NCBI GenBank assembly: GCA_963826785.1
Contig: CAWGYD010000010.1
Span: forward strand, 1 to 64,000
Source: an uncultured delta proteobacterium
GTDB taxonomy: Bacteria; Desulfobacterota; Desulfobacteria; Desulfobacterales; Desulfosalsimonadaceae
Direction of reading: 5' to 3'
DNA: 64,000 bases
The notes beneath the pieces are model-generated. The model searched no databases. It was not told where the DNA came from and saw only the letters and a list, made by a program, of their open reading frames with translations. Shown here in pieces: positions 9,785-18,536 of this stretch; within the stretch, counting starts at the first letter, position 1; the number at the start of each line of letters is the position of its first letter. Position numbers and translations under genes: made by a program.

Positions 9785-11839
9785 ATGCTTGAAGTGAGAT
9801 TTTATATTTTCAATATCAGGATTTTGATTCTGCTGGTTGTTTTGTATTCGGTGTCGGGCGCTGTTGATCCGGCGTTTGCCGCGGAAAATGGGGCCATTAT
9901 GCTCGATCCGGTGATTGTGACCGCCAAGGAGGCGGATGATTCATACCGGACCGGGGACGTGGATACGGAAACCACGCCGGTTTTTTTCTCCAAGATTCAG
10001 AGAAGCGAGTTTGAAGGCAAGATGGAGAGCTTGTCTGAGGTGATTGAAAAGCAGGCCGGCATTCAGGTTCGCCAGAGCGGGGGGTTGGGGAGTTTTTCAT
10101 CCGTGTCCCTGCGGGGGGCGTCGGCGGAACAGGTGCTGGTGTATCTGGACGGGGTTTTGTTAAACGATGCCTCGGGCGGCGGCGTGGATCTGAGCAACAT
10201 TGCCCTGTCTGACGTGGAATCCATTGAAATTTATAAGGGGATGACGCCCATCAATTTTGATAAGGCATCTGTCGGGGGGGTGGTCAATATCAAGACCATA
10301 CGTGCCGCATCGGGATTGAATGCCAATCTTCTGGCCGGATACGGTTCGTTTGATACGCGCAAGTTTTCCGGATTTTTAAATTACAAGCCGGGCAGAACCG
10401 ATTACCTGGTGTCTGCGGACTACCTGTCCTCTGAAAATGATTTCAGGATCAAAAACGACAACGGCACGCCCAAAAATCCAGCGGATGACCGGTGGGAAGA
10501 CCGGAACAACGCCCAGTTTGACCAGCAGAATGTGCTGGCCCGGATGGGTGCCGACCTGACCCCGGACTGGCGCGTGGATTTTACCAATAAGTGGTTCAAC
10601 AAGGATCAGGGATTGCCGTCCTGGAACAACAGCCCGCTGACGGATACCACCTATGACACCGAACAGAATATCACCACCCTGGGAATGAACGTCAACCGGA
10701 TCACGCCGCTTCGCCTCAACACGCACACCCAGATCGATTACCTGATCAAGACAGAAGAATATGACGATTCCAACGGGCGGATCGGACTGGGCCGGCAGAA
10801 GAGCCGATATGACACCCGCCGTCTGGGCGGTGAGTTTTTCACCGAATGGGCATCCGCCTTCAATACCGTGCAATTTACCCTTGGCGCCCAGCGGGAAACC
10901 TTTGAATCAAAGGATCTGCTGGCGGGCAAGGAGACCACCGAAAGCCGGCGCAACCTTTATACTGCCGGAATTCAGGATACCATGTTTTTAATGGACGGCA
11001 GGCTGAGCCTCACACCGGGCCTTCGCTATAAATTGATCGATGACACACTGGTCTATTCATCAAATATCATTGATGCGGCAGGGGAGGGGGCTGACCGGAA
11101 TGAGGATTATCTTACCCCCCAGGTCGGGCTCAAGTACCGCCTGACGGATGCGATTACCGTAAAGTCCAATCTGGCCCGGTATGTCCGGGAGCCCTCGTTT
11201 TTTGAGCTGTTCGGGGATCGCGGTATATTTGTGGGCAATCCGGATCTTCAGTCTGAAGAAGGAACCAATTTTGATGCGGGATTTGCCATTGACCAGGCTT
11301 TTTCAGATCGCTTTATCAACAGGGTTCGGTTTCAGAGCGCCTTTTTTGTCAGCCGGATCGACAACCTGATTACCCGCACCTATGATGCCCGGGGGATCGG
11401 CAAAGCGGACAATGTCTCCCAGGCTGAAATCATCGGGGTGGAAAATGAACTCGATGTGGATTTTATCCGGAATCTGCGGCTGATCTGCCGGTATACCTGG
11501 CAGGATGCACAGAACAACAGCGATATTGCGGTGTTCGACGGCAACCAGCTGCCGGGCAGGTTTGAACATTCCTGGCTGGCCCGGCTGGAATACCGATTAT
11601 ATGACGCCACGTTTTATTCCGAATACATCCGTGAAGCCAATATGTTTTATGATACCGCCAATCTGCTGGAGGCGCAGACCCAGTCCACTTTCAATGCAGG
11701 GGTGTCATGGCTGTGGCAGTCGTGGCTGCTGACCCTGGAAGCCGATAACATCGGAGGCGACCGGTATGAGGATTTCAACGGGTATCCCCAGCCGGGAAGA
11801 TCGTTTTTTATGAGCTTGAAATATCAGTTTGATTTGTGA
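9785..11839 (+). CDS. TonB-dependent outer-membrane receptor, probable cobalamin transporter (BtuB-like)
   Basis: Signal peptide, TonB-box-like LDPVIVTA, plug motifs SLRG...VLVYLDGV...IEIYKG...GGVVNIKT, C-terminal PGRSFFMSLKYQF. Lies downstream of the B12 riboswitch. Confidence 0.88.
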   Translation: MLEVRFYIFNIRILILLVVLYSVSGAVDPAFAAENGAIMLDPVIVTAKEADDSYRTGDVDTETTPVFFSKIQRSEFEGKMESLSEVIEKQAGIQVRQSGGLGSFSSVSLRGASAEQVLVYLDGVLLNDASGGGVDLSNIALSDVESIEIYKGMTPINFDKASVGGVVNIKTIRAASGLNANLLAGYGSFDTRKFSGFLNYKPGRTDYLVSADYLSSENDFRIKNDNGTPKNPADDRWEDRNNAQFDQQNVLARMGADLTPDWRVDFTNKWFNKDQGLPSWNNSPLTDTTYDTEQNITTLGMNVNRITPLRLNTHTQIDYLIKTEEYDDSNGRIGLGRQKSRYDTRRLGGEFFTEWASAFNTVQFTLGAQRETFESKDLLAGKETTESRRNLYTAGIQDTMFLMDGRLSLTPGLRYKLIDDTLVYSSNIIDAAGEGADRNEDYLTPQVGLKYRLTDAITVKSNLARYVREPSFFELFGDRGIFVGNPDLQSEEGTNFDAGFAIDQAFSDRFINRVRFQSAFFVSRIDNLITRTYDARGIGKADNVSQAEIIGVENELDVDFIRNLRLICRYTWQDAQNNSDIAVFDGNQLPGRFEHSWLARLEYRLYDATFYSEYIREANMFYDTANLLEAQTQSTFNAGVSWLWQSWLLTLEADNIGGDRYEDFNGYPQPGRSFFMSLKYQFDL

Positions 11840-11856
11840 GGCTGCGATAGCTCGAA

Positions 11857-12055
11857 ACACCCCCCTTTATCCCCCCTCGCAGGGGGGAATTGGTTGAGAT
11901 GGGGCCCTCACACAGATGGGGATCGTGGTCGGATATTGAATGGCCGAATGGGATTGGGGGTGGGATTCCCCTGAACGGAAGCTTAGGTCCTTGCGATTCC
12001 ATACGGATAAACCCTCTATCCAAATTCCCCCCTGCGAGGGGGGTTAGGGGGGTGT
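11857..12055. repeat. ~200-bp element bounded by ~35-bp inverted repeats (ACACCCCCC-N-CCCCCCTCGCAGGGGGGAATT)
   Basis: Left arm 11857-11891 and right arm 12023-12055 are near reverse complements. The same family occurs at 13421-14120, with a related single hairpin at ~9712-9750. Confidence 0.75.
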
Positions 12056-12160
12056 CAGGCGGTTTGCCAGTAGGTACAGCAGGTTTTTCAAATCACTGAA
12101 CCGTTCCGGAAATTTTTCCTTATTCATAAAATGATTAATACCATACCAAAAGGAGGGCAA

Positions 12161-13402
12161 ATGAAGAGAAATATTATTTTTACAGGGGTTTTATGTCTGG
12201 CGGTGTTTTTGGGCGCTGGTTCGGGAATATGCGCGGAAAATGATCAGACCGCTATTATCGCCACGGTGGCGCCGGACTGGGGAAGCGGGGCGCATTCGGT
12301 TGTTTCCGTCGACCCGGTGGGCGGTCCCCGGACAGTATCCAACCAGCTCGATCCCAGCGGCTCCGATCTCTCCGTGGATGCTTACGGCAACTATTTTTAC
12401 CGCATCGAAAAATACAATGCCAATAATGTCACCAAGTACAGCGTGGATGCGCCGTCAGATGCCATCTGGCAGTACTCAACCGAAGGGGCGGAGGAAAACA
12501 GCAATCCCACGGACCTGGTTTTTGTCAGCAGCACCAAGGCCTATCTCTTGCGATATGGGTCGGATACTGCCTGGATCGTCAACCCATCGGCTGAAACCGA
12601 GGCAAAATTCAAGACAGGCGAACTTGACCTCAGCGCCTATGCGGACACGGACGGCATTCCGGAAATGCAGACGGGGATCGTGGTGGGAGACCGGCTGTAT
12701 GTCATCCTGCAGCGGGTTGATTTTTCAGATTTCACGGGCAGCAACCCGGAAGCCATCGTTTATTATAAGCCTTACATTGCCGTTTTTGACACCGCAACGG
12801 ATACTGAGATCGATACCCACAGGGGTGAAAACGGCTTAAAGGGTATCCCCCTGCCGACGATCAGGAACCCGCAAGCTATCCGCTACAGCAAGGGCAATGA
12901 TTCTCTGTATGTCCAGGGCGTGGGCGACTGGGGCGCTTCGAGTCAGGCCATGGGGGGCATTGTCCGCGTCGATGCAGAATCCTATGCCTCGACGGTGGTA
13001 ATGACGGACAATGCGGGTACATACGGCACGATTTCCGGACTGGCCATCGTCTCGCCCGCCAAGGGATATTTCATCGGGTACGCCGGATGGGGGGACAATA
13101 CCCTCTATTCCTTTAATCCCTTAAATGGCGGCGACGTGGTCCCGGTGGCCGGATTTGAGCATCTCAGCCTTGCCGGTCTGGATTCCGGCGTGTATGTGGA
13201 TAAAAATGACATGCTGTGGGTCTGCAACCAGTCAGATGCAAGTGTGGATATTTTGAATACCGCCGACGATACAATTGATGAAAGCATCCCCACCGCGTTC
13301 AATCCGGTTTCCGTGGCGTTTGCCTCCGGGGATGCGGATACGGAGGATGGCGGCGATTCCGGCGGGGGCGGGGGTGGGTGTTTTGTTGGGGTGTTGAGAT
13401 AA
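12161..13402 (+). CDS. Secreted, probably beta-propeller protein (YncE/BtuG-like by analogy) with a C-terminal Gly-rich Cys tail
   Basis: SD AAGGAGG, signal peptide MKRNIIFTGVLCLAVFLGAGSGICA, blade-like repeats (NPTDLVFVSSTKAYL, GLAIVSPAKGYF, DMLWVCNQ), acidic linker, then SGGGGGGCFVGVLR*. The fold is inferred. Confidence 0.65.
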   Translation: MKRNIIFTGVLCLAVFLGAGSGICAENDQTAIIATVAPDWGSGAHSVVSVDPVGGPRTVSNQLDPSGSDLSVDAYGNYFYRIEKYNANNVTKYSVDAPSDAIWQYSTEGAEENSNPTDLVFVSSTKAYLLRYGSDTAWIVNPSAETEAKFKTGELDLSAYADTDGIPEMQTGIVVGDRLYVILQRVDFSDFTGSNPEAIVYYKPYIAVFDTATDTEIDTHRGENGLKGIPLPTIRNPQAIRYSKGNDSLYVQGVGDWGASSQAMGGIVRVDAESYASTVVMTDNAGTYGTISGLAIVSPAKGYFIGYAGWGDNTLYSFNPLNGGDVVPVAGFEHLSLAGLDSGVYVDKNDMLWVCNQSDASVDILNTADDTIDESIPTAFNPVSVAFASGDADTEDGGDSGGGGGGCFVGVLR

Positions 13403-14120
13403 AACGATGGGATGATGGATATTTGTCTGGCCGTAACACCCCCCTGCGCCCCCCTCAAGGGGGGAATTGTGGTTGAGATATTGGGGAGTTAACCGTTTGC
13501 TATGGGGAATTGTCTTAATTTATAAGGATTAATCCCACCACAAGGGTGGAATTCCCTTAATATTTAAGATTTATCTGCCTACAAAGGCGGCGGCTCCGGC
13601 GGCGGAGGCGGCGGGTGTTTTGTTGGGGTGTTGAGATAAGATGATGGGATGATGGATATTTGTCTGGTCGTAACACCCCCCTGCGCCCCCCTCAAGGGGG
13701 GAATTGTGGTTGGGATATTGGGGAGTTAACCGCTTGGCTATGGGGAATTGCATTAATATATAAGGATTAATCCCACCACAAGGGTGGAATTCCCTTAATA
13801 TTTAAGATTTATCTGCCTACAAAGGCGGCGGGTGTTTTGTTGGGGTGCTGAGATAAAACGATGGGATGATGGATATTTGTCTGGCCGTAACACCCCCCTG
13901 CGCCCCCCTCAAGGGGGGAATTGTGGTTGAGATATTAGGGAGTTAACCGCTTGGCTATGGGGAATTGCATTAACATATAGGGATTAATCCCACCACAAGG
14001 GTGGAATTCCTTTAATATTTAAGGTTTATCTCCCTACAAAGGGGGGATTATCTTATAATATGTAGGAGTTAATCCCCCCTTGAGGGGGGAATCAAAGGGG
14101 GGTGTTGCGGCCGGGCAAAT
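13352..14120 (+). repeat. Three tandem ~217-237-bp repeats, each starting with the gene's tail-coding sequence, closed by a single inverted end
   Basis: GGGTGTTTTGTTGGGGTG(T/C)TGAGATAA at 13376, 13613 and 13830. The ATTTGTCTGG..TAACACCCCCC arm occurs at 13421, 13658 and 13875, with its inverted counterpart at 14071-14120. Confidence 0.9.
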
Positions 14121-14165
14121 AAAAAAACCCTTGCATGGCTCCCTTTTGAAACAGATTTAGCAAGT

Positions 14166-15062
14166 TCATCCCCGGGGATGATATTTTTCGTGCAGGCGTC
14201 TTAGATGATCTTTGGCCACGTGGGTGTAGATCTGGGTGGTGGAGATGTCCGCGTGGCCCAGCATCATCTGTACCGCCCGCAGGTCCGCGCCGCCTTCCAG
14301 GAGGTGGCTGGCAAAGGAGTGCCGGAGGGAGTGGGGGGTGATGTCTTTTTCGATTCCCGCGATGACGGCATATTTCTTGATCAGTTTCCAGAATGCCTGG
14401 CGGGTCATGGGGTTTCCGGCCCGGGCCACGAACAGGTAGGGGCTGACATGGCTCTTCAGCAGAACCGGTCTTGCGGCAGTCATGAATTCATTGATCTTCT
14501 GCCGGGCATGGGAGCCGATGGGGACGATCCGCTCTTTTGATCCTTTGCCCAGGGTGCGGATGAACCCGGCTTCCGTGTTGACGTCGTTGATCTTGACCGC
14601 AATCAGCTCGCTTACCCGAAGGCCCGCGGCATACAGCAGCTCCAGCATGGCCGCATCCCGCATGCCTTTGGGGACGGCCTGATCCGGCGCATCCAGCAGC
14701 GATTGAACTTCCTCTATGGACAATACATCCGGCAATTTCAATCCGGCCTTGGGAAGGTCCACGATGCGGGACGGATCGGCTTTGAGTATCTTTTCCTGGG
14801 CCAGAAACCGGTAAAACCCCCGCAGGGTCACCAGGTGCCGGGCCCGGGAGCGGATGCCGATGCTCTCATCCCGCAGGGCCAGCAGGTACTTTAAAATCCA
14901 GGTGGTGTCCGATTCATCGACTTTGGTAATTTTGTTTGCCTCCAGAAATTCGGCGTATCGCTTCAGATCCTGGGAATAGGCCTCGATGGTGGCATCGGAC
15001 AATCCCTTTTCCACCAGCAGATAATTGATGAAGGCATCTATCAGCTCATCGATTACATTCAT
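14166..15062 (-). CDS. xerD: Site-specific tyrosine recombinase XerD
   Basis: EKGLS..T.EAY..DL, ELLYAAGLRVSEL, GKGSKERIVP, TRQAFW, PHSLRHSFASHLL, LGHADISTTQIYTHV and HPRG end. Confidence 0.93.
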   Translation of the reverse strand: MNVIDELIDAFINYLLVEKGLSDATIEAYSQDLKRYAEFLEANKITKVDESDTTWILKYLLALRDESIGIRSRARHLVTLRGFYRFLAQEKILKADPSRIVDLPKAGLKLPDVLSIEEVQSLLDAPDQAVPKGMRDAAMLELLYAAGLRVSELIAVKINDVNTEAGFIRTLGKGSKERIVPIGSHARQKINEFMTAARPVLLKSHVSPYLFVARAGNPMTRQAFWKLIKKYAVIAGIEKDITPHSLRHSFASHLLEGGADLRAVQMMLGHADISTTQIYTHVAKDHLRRLHEKYHPRG

Positions 15063-16189
15063 GAAAGCAAATCCGCCGCCGTCATTTCAGTTTTCAGGCC
15101 GTTTAAGATTTCCACCCCGTCACCGGTGACGCGCACCATGTTTTCAAGGCGGATGCCGCCCCAGTCGGGCAGGTAGACGCCGGGTTCGACGGTAAAAATC
15201 ATGTTTTCTTCGATGACCGTATCGCGCTCCGCCACCGGACTGATGGAGGGAAGTTCATGAATGTCGATGCCCACGCCATGTCCCAGTCCATGGCCGAAAT
15301 AATCCTTATATCCATGTTCGGCGATATGGCCCCGGGCGATGTCATCGATGGATTTTGAGCTCACACCGGGGCGGATGGCGGCAATGGCCTTCTGCTGGGC
15401 GTCATAAACAATGGTGAAAATCTTTTTGAACTGCGGATCCGGTTGGCCCATCATCACGGTTCGGGTCATGTCGCTGCAGTAGCCGTCCAACCGGGCGCCC
15501 CAGTCAAACATCAGGGGCGATTTTTCATCCAGGACGCTGTCTCCGGGTATGGCGTGGGGCAGGGCGCTGTCCGGCCCGAAGGCGGCGATCACCGGAAAGG
15601 AGAGGGACTGGGCGCCAAGCGATCGCATCTGCTGCTCCAGATTCCATGCCGCGGCCGTTTCGGTCTTTCCCGGCGAAAGGTTTGCCAAAAATCCCCTGAA
15701 AGCGGCCTCCGCAAGCGCAATGGATTTCCTGACGGCCTCTATTTCATCGTCATCCTTGATCAGCCGCAGAGATTCCACCAGGTTTGCCGTCCCCACCATT
15801 TCAACGGATAACTTTTGCTCTTCGATTTCCTTGAGGATCGACTGATGCTGATCCACGGACATGCGGCGGGACTCGAAGCCGAGGCGTTTGACGCCCAGCT
15901 GTTTTAAAAGCGCCGGCAGTTCTTTGGCCAATCCCTTTTTATAATTGATAACATCGTAGCCGGGCGCTTCGGCTTCGGCCTGCAGGGTATACCGGGAATC
16001 CGTGGCCAGAATCAGCGCATCCGGCGATATCAGCAGCACGCCGGCGGATTCGTCAAACATGGTGTCCTCGCCGGTAAATCCGCTCAGGTAGCGGCGGTTG
16101 GCTTCACTTGACACCAGGAGGGCATCGATTTGTTTTTCAGTGAGGATTTTTCGTAATTTGTTGATTCTGTCGGTAAGATGATCGGCCAT
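15059..16189 (-). CDS. Xaa-Pro aminopeptidase/dipeptidase (M24 family)
   Basis: Start taken at MADHL. Motifs NRRYLSGFTG, TDSRY, DWGA..DGYCSDMTRT, HGLGHGVG..IHE, TVEPGVY and GIRLEN. Confidence 0.9.
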   Translation of the reverse strand: MADHLTDRINKLRKILTEKQIDALLVSSEANRRYLSGFTGEDTMFDESAGVLLISPDALILATDSRYTLQAEAEAPGYDVINYKKGLAKELPALLKQLGVKRLGFESRRMSVDQHQSILKEIEEQKLSVEMVGTANLVESLRLIKDDDEIEAVRKSIALAEAAFRGFLANLSPGKTETAAAWNLEQQMRSLGAQSLSFPVIAAFGPDSALPHAIPGDSVLDEKSPLMFDWGARLDGYCSDMTRTVMMGQPDPQFKKIFTIVYDAQQKAIAAIRPGVSSKSIDDIARGHIAEHGYKDYFGHGLGHGVGIDIHELPSISPVAERDTVIEENMIFTVEPGVYLPDWGGIRLENMVRVTGDGVEILNGLKTEMTAADLLS

Positions 16190-16208
16190 ATGTTCTCCGG
16201 AATGTGAT

Positions 16209-16235
16209 CTGGATGCCCGCCTTTGCGGGCATGAC
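16209..16235. repeat. Solo REP-like hairpin variant (CTGGATGCCCGC-CTTT-GCGGGCATGAC)
   Basis: Same CTGGAT...TGAC frame as the other REP-like hairpins, with a different, compensated stem. Confidence 0.65.
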
Positions 16236-16256
16236 GTTGATGAAAAAAAGTAAATT

Positions 16257-16640
16257 TTATGCCAGAACGTGTTTGTCCAATATAAAGCAGGCAAACCGGC
16301 CTTCAAATACCAGCCGCTCTTTGCAATGGACCGTGACATCCACCATTTGCTTCTTCCCGGGGGCAAGATCGGATTGCGCCCGGGCCAGGACTGTTTCACC
16401 GGCCCGCACCGGTTTTAAGAATTTAACCTCCGCACCGCCCAGGACCACATGGGGATGGTTGACGGCGATCATGGCCGCATGATCGGCCAGCCCGAAAATA
16501 AACCCGCCGTGAACCAGTCCATTTTCGTCAACCGCCATTGCATCGTTGGTCTGCAATTCCACCTGGCTGGAGCCATCGGCGATGCTGACAGGTGTTCCGC
16601 ACAATGTATAATCGATGTGCCGGTGGGTCCGGATATCCAT
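16257..16640 (-). CDS. PaaI-family hot-dog-fold thioesterase
   Basis: GLVHGGFIFGLADHAA and VKFLKPV motifs. Confidence 0.85.
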   Translation of the reverse strand: MDIRTHRHIDYTLCGTPVSIADGSSQVELQTNDAMAVDENGLVHGGFIFGLADHAAMIAVNHPHVVLGGAEVKFLKPVRAGETVLARAQSDLAPGKKQMVDVTVHCKERLVFEGRFACFILDKHVLA

Positions 16641-16688
16641 TTTTCATTCCTTTCATTATTGATGAACCCGCAAAAAGTCCGAAGTTCG

Positions 16689-18536
16689 ATAGGGGTCGGG
16701 AAAGGCTCTCGCCCTCCCCGCCCTCCGAACCGTGCGTGCGGTTCTCCCGCACACGGCTCTCCAGTTGGTAGTTTCAACATCGTGACTGGCGCGCCACAGC
16801 ATGGGCTTCGGTTAAGGTGAAAAGCCCGTGCTCAGCGAAAAATGCATTAGGCCAGCGTTTATGATCGGCCAGGCAACGACCCATACCCGGTCGTCGCTTT
16901 TGTTTGCGCAAGACAGATCGCAGTCGGCGGCGGACAAAACCATCAATCATCTTAAAGGTAAATGGATTCGCATGTTTGAAGTAGCCAAACCAACCTATGA
17001 GCATCGGATTCAAACTGCCTATTATCTGGTCCAGGCTCTCTCCACGGGATCGGCCGGTTTTGGCCCGTATACGCTCCCGCAGGGACTTGAGGCTTTTCTT
17101 TCGAACCCATCGCTTTCCGGCTTCAAACCGGTAACCCAGGAAGTCAAAGCCTTGTCCTTCTACTGTGCAGTCTCCCACGTGGGTTTTGTCCGGATGCAGG
17201 GTAAGTTCATTTTCTTTTACCCAGGCGCGTATGTCGGCCAGGGCCGACTGCGCTGCCTCTGCACTGGGACACATCACCACAAAGTCATCTGCGTATCGGA
17301 CCATGCGATAACCTTTTGTCCGCATCAGCACATCCAGCGGATGCAGGTACAGGTTCGCCAGCAGGGGACTGATCACCGCACCTTGCGGAGTTCCTCCGGT
17401 CGGCGTCCAGCGCTCCAGCCCACGGACGATATCCTGACCCAGGTATCCCCGAATCAGATCCAGAATACGCCCGTCGCTGATGCGCTCCTGCACTCGGATC
17501 ATCAATCGGTCATGCGGAATGGTGTCAAAGTAGCTCGCAAGGTCGGCGTCCACAACGTGCGTGTAGCCTGCCTTAATCAAACCGTCTACCTCCCGCAGGG
17601 CGTCTTTGCATCCGCGTCCAGGTCGAAAGCCATAGCTCGAATCCAGAAAGTCCCATTCGAAAATCGGCTCTATTACCAGCTTCAGCGCAGTTTGTACGAT
17701 GCGGTCTTTTACCGCCGGAATGCCCAGGGGTCGAGTGCGACCCGGCCCTTTGGGTATCTCCACGCGCTTGACCGGCTGCGGCCGGTAAGTGCCGGCCTTC
17801 AATGCTTCTTCCAGCTCCTTAAGATATTTATCCGCCTTCAACGAAAACCGCTCAACGCTCTGCCCGTCCACTCCGGCCGCCCCCTTGTTTCGCGCGACCT
17901 TGTGCCACGCCAGTTCCAGGGTGCCGGGACGAACCAGCTTGTCGATCAAGCTGAACCACTTGCCTCCTTTGACGCCGTTTTCCAGCGCCGCCAGCATGCG
18001 CGGCGTCCAAATCGAGGCTTCCACCCAGCACCAGTCCCGATGCCCGGTCTCTGCGCCTTGCTTAGCCGTTACCGGCACTGCCGGCGCTTTGCTTATGCTT
18101 TGCCTGTCGTTGGATTTCACGCATCTACCTTCCTGCCTCCCTTCCCTCGGCACGGTTTTGCTTCCCGCGCTTTCCGCAGCATCGGCTGCTTCGGTACTAT
18201 GAAGGCTCTGACTCCTGCCTGCGTCACCTCGCAAACAGGTCTCTCCGCTTATCTCGCCACACCTTTCCGGCGTTCCACCTCCAACCACGTGATGCGCCCC
18301 GGCACCGCTTTACGCGCCAATACCCAGCGTACCGGACGATTTTCGGACTTCACCATGAATGAGCAGGCTCGTCGCTGCATCCCGCCGAATCAAGTTCGTC
18401 ATCCTGCGGACCGCCAGTTCGTCTCCGGTTGCTCTCCACCCCACCTCGCGGTGACGCAGTTACCCTCGACTACGGGGCCTTGGCTTACCCCGACACGGAC
18501 TTACACCGTGCTGATATGGCGCCTTTACGGACGCAC
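16689..18536 (-). mobile_element. Complete group II intron (1848 nt), IIB-like domain V, endonuclease-less IEP
   Basis: 5' GTGCG at 18536. Domain V GAGCCGTGTGCGGGAGAACCGCACGCACGGTTC (~16727-16759, AGC triad). Domain VI ends CCGACCCCTAT at 16689. Boundaries are confirmed by the empty target copies. Confidence 0.95.
16774..18120 (-). CDS. ltrA: Group II intron reverse transcriptase/maturase
   Basis: KGAAGVDG, RPLGIP..DRIVQ, SYGFRPGR, YFDTIPH, GTPQGAVISPLLANLYL, RYADDFV, FDFLGY and a maturase X domain. No HNH domain. Start uncertain (in-frame GTG at 18120; the ORF is open to 18288). Confidence 0.93.
   Translation of the reverse strand: MKSNDRQSISKAPAVPVTAKQGAETGHRDWCWVEASIWTPRMLAALENGVKGGKWFSLIDKLVRPGTLELAWHKVARNKGAAGVDGQSVERFSLKADKYLKELEEALKAGTYRPQPVKRVEIPKGPGRTRPLGIPAVKDRIVQTALKLVIEPIFEWDFLDSSYGFRPGRGCKDALREVDGLIKAGYTHVVDADLASYFDTIPHDRLMIRVQERISDGRILDLIRGYLGQDIVRGLERWTPTGGTPQGAVISPLLANLYLHPLDVLMRTKGYRMVRYADDFVVMCPSAEAAQSALADIRAWVKENELTLHPDKTHVGDCTVEGQGFDFLGYRFEAGKRWVRKKSLKSLRERIRAKTGRSRGESLDQIIGSLNPMLIGWFGYFKHANPFTFKMIDGFVRRRLRSVLRKQKRRPGMGRCLADHKRWPNAFFAEHGLFTLTEAHAVARQSRC

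Noticed and set aside
13421..14120. CRISPR array
   Set aside because: The hairpin-plus-linker periodicity looks CRISPR-like, but the repeats are degenerate, the linkers are related to each other and recur in each larger unit, and no cas genes are present.
14166..15062. Phage or island integrase
   Set aside because: The sequence has XerD-specific features, is coupled to a housekeeping peptidase, and has no att repeats or phage genes nearby.
16190..16399. N-terminal extensions of the M24 peptidase (and similarly xseA, gmd, the PPIase and gspE) given by the ORF track
   Set aside because: The extensions overlap neighbouring genes or repeats, or lack family-like sequence, so downstream starts were used.
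18391..18404. Intron-internal GGATGACGAACTT resembling the spliced target junction GGAGTGACGAACTT
   Set aside because: The match is short and lies in domain I, where a similar motif recurs at ~18416-18424. It cannot be told apart from coincidence.
16689..18536. RT as part of a retron, DGR or defence system, or a class IIC/attC intron
   Set aside because: Canonical group II ends and domains V/VI are present. Domain V is full-length with an AGC triad. No integron integrase, attC array or TR/VR pair was seen.
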